A stretch of 64,000 bases of DNA, taken from the NCBI GenBank assembly GCA_905331295.1, contig CAJNYD010000056.1:62001-126000 (forward strand), written 5' to 3'. Below, in pieces: positions 24,266 to 38,300 of this stretch. The DNA comes from Rotaria socialis (lineage: Eukaryota). A program made the translations under genes and the position numbers. Each line of letters starts with the position of its first letter. Within the stretch, counting starts at the first letter, position 1. The notes beneath the pieces were generated by a model. It saw only the letters and a list, made by a program, of their open reading frames with translations. It did not search any database and was not told where the DNA came from.

Positions 24266-25205
24266 ATGACGCAGGTTTGCTAGTTGAAACTTTAAAACTA
24301 AAAAATTTAGACTTTATCTATATTTTAAGGCTGAAGTTGATGATACATTAAAACGTATACAAGAACATAAAGGTGTTCAAGGCTATTTAATTATAAATAG
24401 TGATGGTAAGCTTATGATTGAACAACTTGGAGAATGAAATTCGAGTTAACATATAATCGTTTTGTGTAAATAAATTCGAAAAAATCCTAATTAACGAGCT
24501 CCTATTGCACAGATATAATTGTCGCCATATCGATTTTTGTATAATTTAAGGGCATTCTAAGAGTTGCTGGTTAATAACAATTTTTTCTTCGGCGATTTGT
24601 CTCTTAGCTTTCACAATCTCTATTCCTCGAATGATCATCAAAATAGTAATAATCTGGAATAACATCTCACTAACGAGAATATCCTGTTTGTTAAAATAAA
24701 AAATGTTTGATTAGTTGTACAATTAGAAGCCGAAAAGAACCATACGGTATGTTCTGCCTACAGCTCAAAAGACCATATTTATTCTTTCAATCAGTCTCAA
24801 GGTTATTAAATGTTTTTTTTTCTCCACTCTCTATTGCCACTGATGATTGATAGCAGAATTAATGTTCTGGTTCTATTCCATGCACATCGTAGTTGACTGA
24901 TTATGTATGTATCCTTTACATAGGCATTCCAATTCGCTCAAGTCTCGATGCATCTGTAACTCAGCAATATGCAGCATTAATTAAATCTTTATCTGATAAA
25001 GCTCGCTCAACTATTCGTGAAATGGATCCATCAAATGAGCTTTTATTTTTTCGTATGCGTACTAAAAAACATGAAATATTGGTTGCACCTGGTTCGTACC
25101 AAAAACATTCTATTTTTTTCTTGTTTTCTATATAAATATATCTCATTTTGCTTTTCAGACAAAGAATATACAATGATCGTTTTACAAGCAACAGATGCTT
25201 CATAA
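24266..25205 (+). CDS. DYNLRB: Dynein light chain roadblock-type, 99 aa
   Basis: Exons 24266-24274, 24330-24405, 24924-25091, 25159-25205 give [37 protein letters not shown]...[41 protein letters not shown]. Confidence 0.95.
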
Positions 25206-25295
25206 ACTGTCTTTTTCTTTTATGTATGTCAATTTAATATCGTTCTGTCTTCAGAAATATTCAGAAAAAACAACTTGACAAAAATAATTGCATTT

Positions 25296-25301
25296 TCTCT
25301 T

Positions 25302-25344
<43 letters not shown>

Positions 25345-25362
25345 ATATATATATACATATAT
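25296..25362. repeat. (CT)n-(AT)n compound microsatellite
   Basis: Directly visible ctctctct...atatatat run just upstream of an acceptor at 25379. Confidence 0.9.
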
Positions 25363-25379
25363 CTTTTTACCTATTATAG

Positions 25380-25597
25380 ATGAAGAAATGTCCTATATAG
25401 TTAAGCAACCATTGTATAACCGATTTTCACTTGATCGACAATGTCCTATGACTTCTTCATCTTATCACGGACCACCGTCGTTTAACTATCGACCTTTAGT
25501 ATCTTCATCAAAACACTTCATGCCCGAGTCACCCACCGTCAAACAAAAGCTTTACATAACTTATAGTAAACCGTTAACACCAGTGATGAATCAGTGA
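25380..25597 (+). CDS. DYNLRB: Putative alternative terminal exon of the roadblock gene (156-aa isoform)
   Basis: Acceptor ttatag|at has the same phase as exon 4. It reads (D)EEMSYIVKQ, aligning with (D)KEYTMIVLQ, then continues into a P/S-rich tail. Confidence 0.6.
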
Positions 25598-25935
25598 CAA
25601 TAATATTCGCCTATATTTTTCCTTATTTTTATATATTATTATAAATAATAATAATAAAATGTTTACTTTTGAAAACTATAAATCATAAATATCGTGTGAC
25701 TTCGTCATGACCCAATAAATGTAATTTTTATCATTTGTGGTTCTCCACCGGTGATATACTATACAATCGAAAAAGGAAAGAGAAAAAATGAGGGTATAGA
25801 AAAAAAAAAGAATAATGATCATTCAAGCGTGTGCTGAGTAATAATCATTATTGGTAAATAAGAGAAAACACATTGCTTTTTTACAGCCTTGATCAGCAAA
25901 AAAAAACACAGTAAACGTGAGAGAAGCGTTTAATC

Positions 25936-26593
25936 ATGGTGATTACTATACAATCAAATCCCATTTATTATTCATTATCATCATGTTCATCAAACCCAAG
26001 CTCATCAGCACGAGAGGTTGTTCTTCATAGACGAGTCGATCGTGATGGTTTTGGAGTATACATTGGTGAAGATGTACCATCCGGTCTTTATGTAGTCACT
26101 GTAGAAAGTGGATCACCTGCAGCAGTCGCTAATATTCAACCAGGTGATCGCGTTCTAGCTATTGATGGGCAGTTAGTGTCTACGATGAAAAGTCCAAAAG
26201 ACATGCTTATTCAAATTGCAAGTAATTCTCCAACTCTACGACTTACAATTCAATCAACAAATATGTTAGATGAACTTGATGTTCCACTACGAAATACTCA
26301 CAGAGATAAAAAAAATGATAGTGGATCAAAGCGTTCATCAGTTCAAACAACTGATATGAATGCAGATCTTGAAGGGTAATTTTTGTACATTGAAAACCGA
26401 AGAAAAACAAACTTTGTCGTTTGTTATTTAACTTAATTTAGTTATATTCGAACACTTTTTGCTAACGAAGACATTCAAATAATACCATCATTGAACAAAA
26501 ATGAATTTATTATACAGAACAATTCAACTCCAAAATCATCTATGCAGCCCAATGTGCTTTCATCACGAAGTTCTCATTCAGAAAGTCATAAGC

Positions 26594-26624
<31 letters not shown>

Positions 26625-27708
26625 TCATCATCATCATCATCATCAACATCAACGGCATCATCATCAACATCGTGAAGCAAGACCGAAAATTCTTGTTACA
26701 AAAGAAACTCAAACATCAATAGATGAAGATGAAGATGAAAATATACAAGAACCACCACCAGTTTCACCAAATCGACCATATCCAAGTATGGGTACATCAC
26801 ATCGTCTATTACGAACACAACAAGTAGCTCAAAGTGATAATTCAACAGAAAGCCAAACTACACCACAAGGAATTTATTAAAATAAATTTTTTAAAACTTC
26901 TACGTAATATTTCTCTTTTCTGTTTAGTTGCTCCTGCTGCATCTAAACAATATATGGCTGATGTTGTTCGAGCTGCTGTGGTCGCTCAACGTAGACGTGA
27001 AGGTCAGTAATGAGTAGTTTCTGTCAACAGGCAAACTTTTTTTTCTTTTCAATAGCACAAAATCGTGAACCAGCTGTTGTTCCTCAACGAGTACCAACAC
27101 CCCCGCCACATGTGGATCCTGTTGTTATTATTCCAGCTCCTACACCAGGAGAACTGCCAGTTTTACCACCACCATACTCAGTCCGAGACGCACTAGCGCC
27201 AGACGACAGTAATCGAGAAAGTGTTAATGAGGGTTCGTATAATGTTCGCGATGCTCAAGAAAATCGACAAGTACAGGTATCGGAACATGACGCTGGCAAT
27301 ATTCCACCATCAATAACTGGTACAGGTGTACATGTCGTTCATTTGCATAGTTCGCCAAATTTCGAAGGATTTGGTTTTTATTTACAATACAACAAAAGTT
27401 ATTTTCTCATTAATAAAATTGAAGAAAGTAGTCCAGCTGAGCTTAGTGGTCTTCGTGCGAATGATGTTATACTTGCAATAAATCAAAGCTTAACAGACAA
27501 AATGCCTCATAGTGAATTCGTTACCATAGTTGGTGCCAATAGTACAATTGATTTTGTTGTTCAACCTATTGAAGATTATTTACGTTCTAATTTTCGACCG
27601 TCACAAAATAAACTGTTAGCGCCAACAACTTCAACAAAAGATAGTTCTGATGCTGGTCAACAAAAATTTAGTCTTTCAAAAACTATAAACAGACTAACCG
27701 GTCGTTAA
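25936..27708 (+). CDS. Two-PDZ-domain scaffold protein (NHERF-like PDZs) with poly-Q/poly-H linker, about 531 aa
   Basis: PDZ1 GFGVYIG..VESGSPAAVANIQPGDRVLAIDG; PDZ2 GFGFYLQ..IEESSPAELSGLRANDVILAIN. Exons 25936-26375, 26442-about 26869, 26928-27002, 27056-27708; exon 2 donor uncertain. Confidence 0.85.
26593..26670 (+). repeat. Coding (CAA)n(CAT)n trinucleotide repeat (poly-Q/poly-H)
   Basis: caacaacaa...catcatcat in frame in PDZ exon 2. Confidence 0.9.
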
Positions 27709-29308
27709 ATATATATTTGACTTCGCTTTTCGTTCTGTTTAGATATTGATCTTTTGAGATATTATGAAAATTAAAAATGTCAACGTACTTCATATTCATC
27801 AGTATTAGTACGCTTTTACAGTTAAACTACATACATGTTTGTTCATACTATGTTAACGAGAGAAGAAAAAAAGATTATTTGCTTTATTCAAAAAAAAAAA
27901 AAAAAATGAAATATGAAGTACATTAAATCAAAAAATTTGCATACGAATACGTCAAATGTCTCTTAACTGAGAAGCATATCAATTACATTGAAATTTATTT
28001 TATATAAAAAGAATTATGAATAAATAAATAATGATTGATTTTCAAAACTAACCAAATCCATTTTCTGTCAACTTTAGCCGCTGGAATCTTAAAAAAACGC
28101 GACTGAAGTTTAATGTTGATGCAAAAACAAGATAGAAATTTTTTTCCCGTCGGATGATGATAGATACTATTCTTTCTTATACGTAATCTTGGCAAGATCC
28201 TATAGATTTAATGTACATAGATTATCGCTAATCTTCATTTAAGATAAGGTAGATGAGTACGATCTCGCAAAACAACTGTTGTCTTACAAGAACAATAAAC
28301 GGCTTATTTATTCTTTGCACTTTTAGCACATCCAAGTTCAAGATGTACCAAAGAATAAGAATATATTCATAAGCAAAAAATAATAAGTATCGAAAAAATG
28401 GTAATTAAAAATGAAAATGATACACATTTTAAATATCGTCTACTATCTGGATAATGATCATGTTAAAAGAGCAAGAAAAACAATAATAGTCCTATGCAAT
28501 GATAACAATCGAAGATCTTTGCCCTTTTTTCATGTAATTCGATATTGTACACAACACTTCGGTGTGACTTTTATTACCTCTAGGCATCAATATATTTACA
28601 TGCATCAGTTCGAAGTAATTGTATTTCAAAATTTCTTTGTCACATTAAAATCAAAGAATAATGTTTTGTTTTTGTCCTCCGAATCGATTAAACTTATGCT
28701 GTCATCTGTTAGTAGCACATAAAAGCAAACATTTTTATAATAACTATTGCTATAGGTTATCAAGAATTCCCATAGGATAAATTCAGTCGTGCCAGGCAAA
28801 TGCTAAATCGTGTAATCAGATGATCTATAGTACTTGTTTATGTCAATACAACTTACTTATCGATGCTACTTGATATTTTTCTATCATCATCATTATACTT
28901 ACATAATCATATTCATACAGATTCTCTTTGACCGTATATATATATACGTATATGTGTATATCAAAGCAAACTTGAGTAATCATTAAATGAAAGATCATTT
29001 TTCAAAATAGATTATCGTACTGTTTGTTGACGTCGACCAAAACTTTACGCTCGAAAATATTGTTTTTGTTTACACATCTTTTTTTATGTATAAAACAAGA
29101 AAAAGAAAACGACAGATCCAGAAAAAAGAGAGAAAGAAACGGCAAGAAAGATAAAGTCTGTGTATATAAAAAGAAAGCAAAAAAAACCGAAAACCGTAGC
29201 CAATGTATGTAAATCGAACAATAAAAATGAACTGAAATGCACACATGCACACATTCGCTAGCTAGAAAAGAATGCATTTCCAAATAAAAAAAACATAATA
29301 TATATTTA

Positions 29309-29338
<30 letters not shown>

Positions 29339-29343
<5 letters not shown>

Positions 29344-30635
29344 CAATATGTATATTTGTTGCTAAGATCTCTCCTGTTGATGTTGTTTGACAACCTTGAG
29401 ATACATATCGGCCTGATTCATCAGCTTGTTCACGTAATGAGATTGTGTTTGTTCGTTGAATAACCTGTTGTAGATTACGTCGAAGAACTTCAGCATCAAG
29501 ACCACCGGCCATTTTAGGCAATGGACATTGCTCTTCGTTAACTGGCGGTAAACCAACGCGGCTATGTCGATTAGAATTCGACGAATTAACAAGAGCTATA
29601 GGAGATAATTGTCCACCATTATTATCTGATGATTCATCAAATCCACTACTATTTAAATCGTTTCCTATTTGATAAATATTTAAATCGTGATCGATAGATG
29701 CAAATCCATTCGATGAATTTGTATAATTTTCAAACGATGGCGGTGATGTATAACCACCATTAGCCGATGTTATTGATGATAAATTATTTGTACTTGCTGA
29801 ATGTACGATCGCTGGACGAGTATTTTGACGTGGCCAAGTTTTCAATGATTTCCATTTAGTAGAACCTATCAAGAGGAAAAAATTTATTGAAATTCTAAAG
29901 AAACAAAATGTCATATTTTTGCTAGATATTGAACATGTACTGTTTGACCCGTCATTTTTTTTATTAATTAATAGAAACTCATGCTTCATCAAAAATCAAC
30001 TTCAATTCTATTTTATTTAATGTAACTGTTATAAATATAGATGTAAGAAGTTGAAGGTTTTTTAGCTTCGGGTCTTGAGTAAACTACTCAAAAGCGACCA
30101 CATTTAAAAACATACTTCAATCCTTTTTCATGATCTTACGCAATCTTTTATGACCTTATCAAGAGATTAAAAGGATGTCTTATGAAAAATCTCCTGTTTT
30201 GTTTGATGTAAAGGATCACGCAAAATCAACGGTTAAATCATCAATAAAAAGAGGATTTTTTCTTGAGGGTGTGGCAAGTAATCATATCTCTAATCATACG
30301 AATAGAACGACTAAATTTCTGATTTGAAATTGAATTCTATTGACAAAGCTTAAAAAAAAGAATAAAACTACGAAACGAATGAAAATGTACCTTCTTTTGG
30401 ACCAAGTATAGCTGTAAAATTCATAGAATCGCCGGGATTAAGAACACATGTTAGATCATTAAATGTTTCAAAATGACATGACTGTATATCGAAAAAAACT
30501 TGTTCATTATTATCCATATTCAATATGCCATATTTAGGAAAAATTCTTATGACAACTCCCGATGCGCTTATTGAATTCGATGATTGTTGAGATAATTGTA
30601 GTGATGATAATGATGATGCTTGAAGGCTATTCGTA

Positions 30636-30667
<32 letters not shown>

Positions 30668-32024
30668 GTTTATATTGTTATTCACGTCACTTTTATTTAA
30701 TAAAACTCGTATAGCATCGGATTTCACGCTAACTGTTCCGTCTGTATGCAGTTGAAAAACAGCATTGTGTCGTTTAAAAAATGAGATTATATCATCACGT
30801 GCAAAACCAATAAATTGTATTAAATAATCTGGTGCGCGAGCTACTAAATTCGGTACACTTTGAAGTAAAACACGACCATTTTTATGTAATAAACGCATAA
30901 CATAATGGACAGCTTTAACTTCGTTTGGTGTTAAACGTTGCATCGGAGGTCGACTAATAGAGGATGTTGATGATAGTAATATTGATGAATTGTTTACACT
31001 TGTTGGTGTACTTGGCATTGAATTACCACCTAACATAGTTCGTGTACCCGATTTAAATGATGTAGAACGTGTTAACATTAAACTTGTTCCACTTGAACTT
31101 GTTGATGTTACACGACGTTTTGGCGGAGGTGATGGAGGTGGAAATGGAATTCCAGGTAGATCAGCTTTACCCTGAAAGAAACAAAACAAAAATGAAATGT
31201 TATTGAATTATAAAAAAATTCTTTTTTTTGTTCTACACTTACTTTAAGACCGCAAAAGTCATCGCGTACAGCAAAAATAGTTGGATAACGTGCAAGAAAT
31301 ACTTTAAATTCATTTTGTGGTCCAACATATTTTCTTACATCAGCGGATGCTTGCGATGCGTGTCCAGCAACACTTACAATTGGTAACCATTCTTCTTCAC
31401 GTTTACTTAATTGTTTTTTGAAAAAATTTATTGCTTCTTGTTCGATTTCACGCATTGTTTTAGCATCCCATACTGTTTCATTGTTGATATTATTATTATT
31501 GTTATTAATTGATGTTGTCATTAGATCGTTTTCGCTCGCCTCATTACTCGAGACGGGTGATGCTGTTGGTTTTGGCCGACTATGATGAGTTTTTGATGAT
31601 GAATTCAATGTGCGTACGGGTGTTGCACTATTCGCTGATACAGTATCGTTGTTTACAGTAAATAATGATGGATATCGCAGCAAGAATTGTTGCAATCCTT
31701 GCTCATTGCCACCAACAGCACGTAACATTTGTGGTGTAAATGTTCGATCAGCAAAGCTATCGTAAAGCTTCACAATAGGCATGGCTTGATTATTACGAAT
31801 GAGCACATCGAGAATAAATAGAATGGCTTGATGAGCCACCTGATAAAACACAAAAAAAATAAACATGAAAATAGAAAAAAAAGAAAGAAACTTGCCGACG
31901 GCTCATCGATTGCTATTCCATGCGTCTTCTCGGCAGATGCCACAGGAGCCGGTATTGGCGTTGCCGTTGTCGTCGATAATAGAGGCGATGTAGTTGTATT
32001 TGGCGTCGTTGGCAATGAAGACAT
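29339..32024 (-). CDS. Egalitarian/LIN-66-like RNA-binding protein: three winged-helix repeats plus a cold-shock/OB-like domain, about 677 aa
   Basis: Exons 32024-31896 (GC donor), 31839-31243, 31171-30391, 29865-29339, in phase. FTPQMLRAVGGNEQGLQQFLLRYPSLFTV resembles the Egl N-terminal repeat; VAGHASQAS; GVVIRIFPKYGILNM..VFFD (CSD-like); C-terminal GCQTTSTGEILATNIH. Confidence 0.8.
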
Positions 32025-35000
32025 CTCCTCCTTCTGTAATAATAAAGACAAGATTCTATTGTCAAATATTCAATTGACAAGAACAAAATAAAATATGAAC
32101 TCTATTCGAGCAAATAGACGAACTATAATCGAAAGACTTGAATTGGTCACGGATGAACGATGAAGTTTATCGTCTTTACATTTAATGACAATTGTTAATG
32201 TATATATATATATTAATTAAAGAGCTCTCATATTTTAACCTTCGTTTTCTCTTTGCTTCTTTCATTCGTTCACATCTATCGAACGATAACAGAGAAGGAT
32301 TACAATAACGATAAACCTCCACTATTTATGGTGGTGCGCGTGAGAAAACTACTACGAGAAGAAGATTAGTTGTACATATACACACACGCCTTTCTTTCTC
32401 TTCCTTTTCTGTTCGTATCGACTTGCGCTAGCAGCTACTTCTATGTAACACAGATATGTATATGTACAAGTATTTCCATGTGTATAAAAGAAAAGAGCGC
32501 TTCTTCGATTGACCAGAATGAGAAAATAAATGCATCACTGACGTTTTCTTTCATTAATCGATTATAGATGTGAACAAATATTTTTTATGATAGTGTGACA
32601 ATATTTTATTTAAGTAATGGTAATTTACCTTTCTCTGTATTATGTATATATGTATGTATGATCAGACAAGAGATGTTGGGAGGATACTGTCGACAAGCTA
32701 GTAATTGTAAATCGCAATAATATAATAAAATACGTTGAAAAAGAAATTCGAATAAATAAGAAGCAATTATTGAAGTAATAAAATTTTGACGACAACGAAG
32801 AAGACGCAGTCAATATATATATATATATATATATACGTAAGTGATCTGATTGCGAAGCAATATCGTAAGAGCTTCGCGTATGGCAGTGTCGCCGATAATG
32901 ATGTTGGTCTATAAGTTGCTTCTTTCTTCTTTTCGCCTCAGCTTTTTTTGTGTGTGCTACGACTCTGAAAAGGAGAAAGGGAGACAGAAAAAAGAAAAGA
33001 AAAAATTGACAATATGATTTGTTCTCTCTTTTCTTTATGTATCTATCGTCGGCATTGTTTTTCTTCTCTCCAGTACGGTCAATCTCATATATAAAAAGAA
33101 GTGCAAATGTACAAATAACATACCAAACAACATATGTATATGTATATATTTATATTTATATTTATATATCTACCTAAAAATATATATATATGTATAAATG
33201 TGTGAGAAGAAAATTACTAATTATGTTTTTTTTTTAAATGGATCAATAAAAGAATTTAATTCGTACGATAGAAAGTACATACAATCAATTTCTTTTTCGT
33301 TGAGAACTACAGAAAAGGTATTTTTATTATAAAATCAATACGAAATAAATAAATAATTGGTATTATTATCGCAATCATTTTATGTGTTATAACGATTGAC
33401 TGATTATCAAGAGAATCGTTGATTCCATTATGAATCATTTCTATATCGGTCAATCGATGAATCCGATAAATAAAAAAATGTTTAAGTTTAGATTAGAAAT
33501 GAAAATATCTAAAATATAAAATCAAGCTTTGATAAATATTAAGAAGATTTTTTCCTTATTGTATGAAAATACAAGAAAACAAAACACCATGGATGTCGCT
33601 CTAGTACGGTTATATAGAATACTGTGTATCTGCGATATACACGCACTAATACAATATGAGAGTATACTTTTTATGAAAATCAATCATAGTATTCTTCATA
33701 TGCAATTGACACATAATTATATTGTAGAATCTGAATAATATTCTCTCGAAGAAAACTTACGTCTTATATTTATTTATTTATTCTTCACAAGACACTTTTT
33801 CGTCGACCTTGCTTCTATTTTTCTTATCGACATTGATGACCTTCGATTTTATGCCATTAATAATTCAATAATTAATCTAGCATATTCTGTGCTCGCATTT
33901 TATCATTAGGTTTTTGTTTATTGATATTGAAGTATCGTTTCCTAGTAACTTTTGATCTCTATGGATCATATATCATAAAATTACGAATGTAACAAAAACG
34001 AAAAAGAAAGAAAAATCTGATGTAAATTCTCATCGATAAAGTATTTCATTTCATTGTTTCGTTAAACGTCGAAAGGCAGACATATTTTTAATACGTGAAC
34101 TTATCAACTATTGAAAGTTATGTTTGTAAATGTTATCAATGCGTGCCAATCTATGAAAAAGTCTTTAGAAGAGAAGCGTAAACACAATTAGCATAACATC
34201 CAGAACATATGTTTACAGAGATCAATTGTCTAATGTTAAGACTCATTAAAGAAAACTCTAAGTTAAACATCTGATACAATAAATATCAATGTGGGAAAGG
34301 TTCTATCAGTTTTTCGAGAAGATAAATGATAGACTAGGCTATTGTATGTTTTATATAAGTCAGTCTACCTTAATTGTCTATTGAAAATCTAATTCTTGAT
34401 GATCAATATTGTTTCTATAGAAATGTCATCAATTTTATTATCATATGAAAGTAATTTAAGTATATTTGGATGGATCTACATAGGAATAAAACGCCAAACA
34501 GCAGGAGATTTACACATTATCTTCTTTGTGTCTATATATTAGACTGCTGTGCTAAGAAGTGAATATGTATACAGTGTAAAGCCACTCTACTTTACATACG
34601 CATATGTGTATTTAACATTGTTAAACCATATGGTTAGAACTCTGCTTGCTCAGAGCTTTACATGATAGTGTTAGAAAGATCAAAATTTTCAATTCAATCA
34701 ACTATTTTATTTGATATGAAAGTAAAGCAATGCTCAGATGAATAAGAGATATCTCATAGTTTAACGGAAAATTCAAAATTAAATAGAGTTTTATACTTAT
34801 TAAACCTAATCGACGAATTGAATAGACACAACGACAAAGATGAGAGAAATAAGATAATATCGATTTTAGACTACGATGCATTATGAGATGTAAGCATCTT
34901 ATTAAATCTTTGACGTGATAGAAAAACGAATGAAATCAACCGTCAATTCTCTATTAATTGACAAACAAAATCAATAACATTGTTTTATTCGTTCGTTAGA

Positions 35001-35346
35001 AGTGATGTTGGCTTTTCTTCTTTCTTTACTTCGATCACTGAATTTTTTCTCTTTCTCTCTCCTGTTCTGTCGTTGCTGTTTACATTCATATCATCAACTC
35101 GTTGGCAGTGGCAGCAAATAAAAGAGAAAGTTTAATTCAAAAAAAAAAAAAGCAAAGCAAAACACAACACAACAAAGAATAGTGAGAACTCACCGTTTGT
35201 TCTCTTTTTCACCTTCCTTTTTCTTCCATTGTGTTCTGTAAATGATCTTATTGTCCACGTTGTTGTTACTACCATCATACACACAGACGTGCATCGATAG
35301 AAATTAAATTTTGAACGTAATATTTATAGAAAAAAAACAAAATACA

Positions 35347-38300
35347 ATGGTTGATCTACCATCTGTTAAACAATCGTATACTATGACAACGACGGGTGAA
35401 CTTAAATCTCGAGCATTTAAGAGTAGTATGGGTGTTCTACCGTTTCGTCGTAGTGAATCTATACCGGAACTAAATCTGGTTCATCTACGTGGACGATCAG
35501 TCATGGCAACAGGAGTCGCTACTACTGAATTAGCAAGTAGTCGTGTTGGTACAAATACACCCGTTACCCCAAGACCACCATTAGCATTATCCGAATCTGT
35601 TCAAGCAAGTTTGAGTGATCGATACGAACCTCTACCGGCTATTTTACCAATGGTTGGCACAGCACATTCAGCGGCTCTTCTAGAAAGACGATCACAAAAG
35701 AAACCGACTGTTAATGTACCACCAGTAAAAAAACGAAAAGTGGAGATACTCATTGTTGAACCTGAAGTCATACAACGAAGTACACCAAGATCTGTAGTTG
35801 GTCGCATGGTTAATGAAGCACGATTATTAAGTCAACCTGGCGGTGATCGTCTAACACCACACAGTCGATTATCAAGTAAACAACAGTAAGAAGAAAATAA
35901 AAATATTGTCTTTTTCTTTCGTTTACAAAAAAAACCAAATTCTATTGATTAGATCCTATGGTACATCATCGACGATGTCATCGACTCATCCACAACAAAT
36001 TGTAATCACACCAAGTGATGATCCATCACGTGCAGCAGTTGAAAATTTAATAGCATCCATAAAATCGAAACAATTACAAGAAGCTCAACGGCAATCAGAT
36101 CGTAAAATTCTTGATATTATACATCGTGTACTTGGAAGAACAATTGATCTGGTTTATGATGAAGATGAGAAAGAACAAATTCAACAAGAACATGAACAGA
36201 AACTGATTGTCGACGAAGAAAAACGAATCCCAATGATTCTTGAAGAAGAAGACATGAGTGTTCATTTACGTGTACCCGATGTTAGCCGAATGGATCTTGA
36301 AGTAGACGATGAAAAATATGAAGGCGAAGATGGAGAATACGAAGGTATAACTGACAAAGAGAGAACTTTAAGAACAAAGAAACAAACAGAAGATTATGAA
36401 CAAATTGATATGTCACGAGATCCGCTCTATCGTCATATATTATTAGGAATAACAGATGAAGATCTATTAAATGTACGAGGTACTCAAATAAATGTACCAA
36501 CATCACTCATTAGTAGAAATCGAGCGATACCCGCTAAGCCAGCTAAACATGATGATAAAAGTGTTCATCATTTTTGTATTCAAATGACTAATGAAAGCGA
36601 TATCCTATCAAAAGAACTTCGTGCTATAACTCAATTATATCATCAACGAGCTCGATACCGAAACAAACTGCCTACTTCTACAATTTATTATAAACACGGA
36701 CAATTACCAAAACCTTTCATTAAAGAAACCATTGGAAATGAACGACACGAAGATGAACAAAATATGTAAGTCGATCTTCTTCTCGTTCAGTGTCTATAGA
36801 AGATCGGGGTACATCATAAAATAAAATCATTTTTTGAAAACGAAAACTTTTTTCGTATTATCAGCAATGAAAAATATGATGCCAGGTCTCTTTTGTGAAA
36901 ATCTCATATTTTACTGTAAAAATTTGTAGAATCTAAAAAAACCAAAAAGAAGATGTCTTCACTTTGACTATCACGTGTTTGTAGCCCATGATTTACTTTG
37001 TCATATATCCCGTTATAGGATGGAGTCCTATAGATAAATTGCATGAGAATACTTGTACTTTTGTTTTAGTTCACGTTCAATTAAAACCAATGGTCCTTCA
37101 ATTCCCTATGATGGGCTCGAGCCCGTGGAAACCGATCTTAATGTATGGCAACGTCGTGCTACTCAAATAGTTCAACCGAAAATTGAAGGCAATTCTGCTA
37201 TTTCTCAAGACCCATATCTAATTCACTTGTGGACACCGGCACCACCGAAAATGTATATTCATCCACGTCGTGTAAAAGAACGTCTGTTTGTTGAATATAC
37301 ATCTAATCAAACGAAAGAATTCATTGATATGGACGATGACGACATGACTTTAATCGATGAACAAAAATCAGTTTTTACAAACTTTAGCGAGGTAGATCAA
37401 ATGTTAGAAGTACCCTATGTTGTTCCAGTTATAAAACGATATAAATCATTGGAACGTTTACCATCGACAATCGATCATAGCGATGAATTTCGAATGAGTT
37501 CAAATATGATTCGATCAAGTCGTTCTTGCTCAAATTTAACATCAGAGTTAACGCTTCGTTTAGATACGAATTATGTATTTACGTTAGATGAAACAAAACA
37601 TCAAATTGCAGCTCGAAAACATGTTAAACCTGAAACAATTACATCCAATACGGTTCCTTCAGATGAAACACACTTAGTATCGTCTCAAATCATCGAAGTA
37701 GCAGCTGTTAAAGAACAACAAGGTAAGACACAATCTTAAAGAGCTAGTCTTCAAAGATATCTTAGGAATATATTCATATCTCAAATCATTTAGGAACTAT
37801 AGTTCTGCGTTGCATTTTCTGGGAAATTATAGAGAAGAATACATTTTTATTCCCATGAAAATCAAAATCATAGTTTTTCAAATAGAAATAAAATTTGTTT
37901 TTCTTTCTAGAATCCATTGTTGAAGAAAAAGTTGAGCAGTCATCGGGAGATTTTCAATATTTTCGTAAAACTCATCATGCAGTACATTATGAAGACGCTG
38001 TCGCTGATGGTCGCCAATTTATATCAACTGCTCGTATGCGAGCAACTCGTCGTTCTCGAAAAGATGTTCGTTTTTGGGAACGAATTGATGCTATTGTTGC
38101 TCTCGCTACAGCTCCACCACGTGATCCACCAATATCACGGCGCCAATCATTTCATGAAGCACATTTCTACGAACGAAATCATCCACATCTAATAAAAGAA
38201 AAATTTCGTAAACGTCGAACAAGTCTTGAAAAAGAAAAATTGAACTTTGACAAAAATATTAAAACAAAATATAAATATGAAGAAACACGTACTAAATTTG

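Noticed and set aside
28411..29346. Several 60-114 aa ORFs
   Set aside because: Low-complexity AT-rich and microsatellite sequence in the probable 3'UTR of the Egl-like gene.
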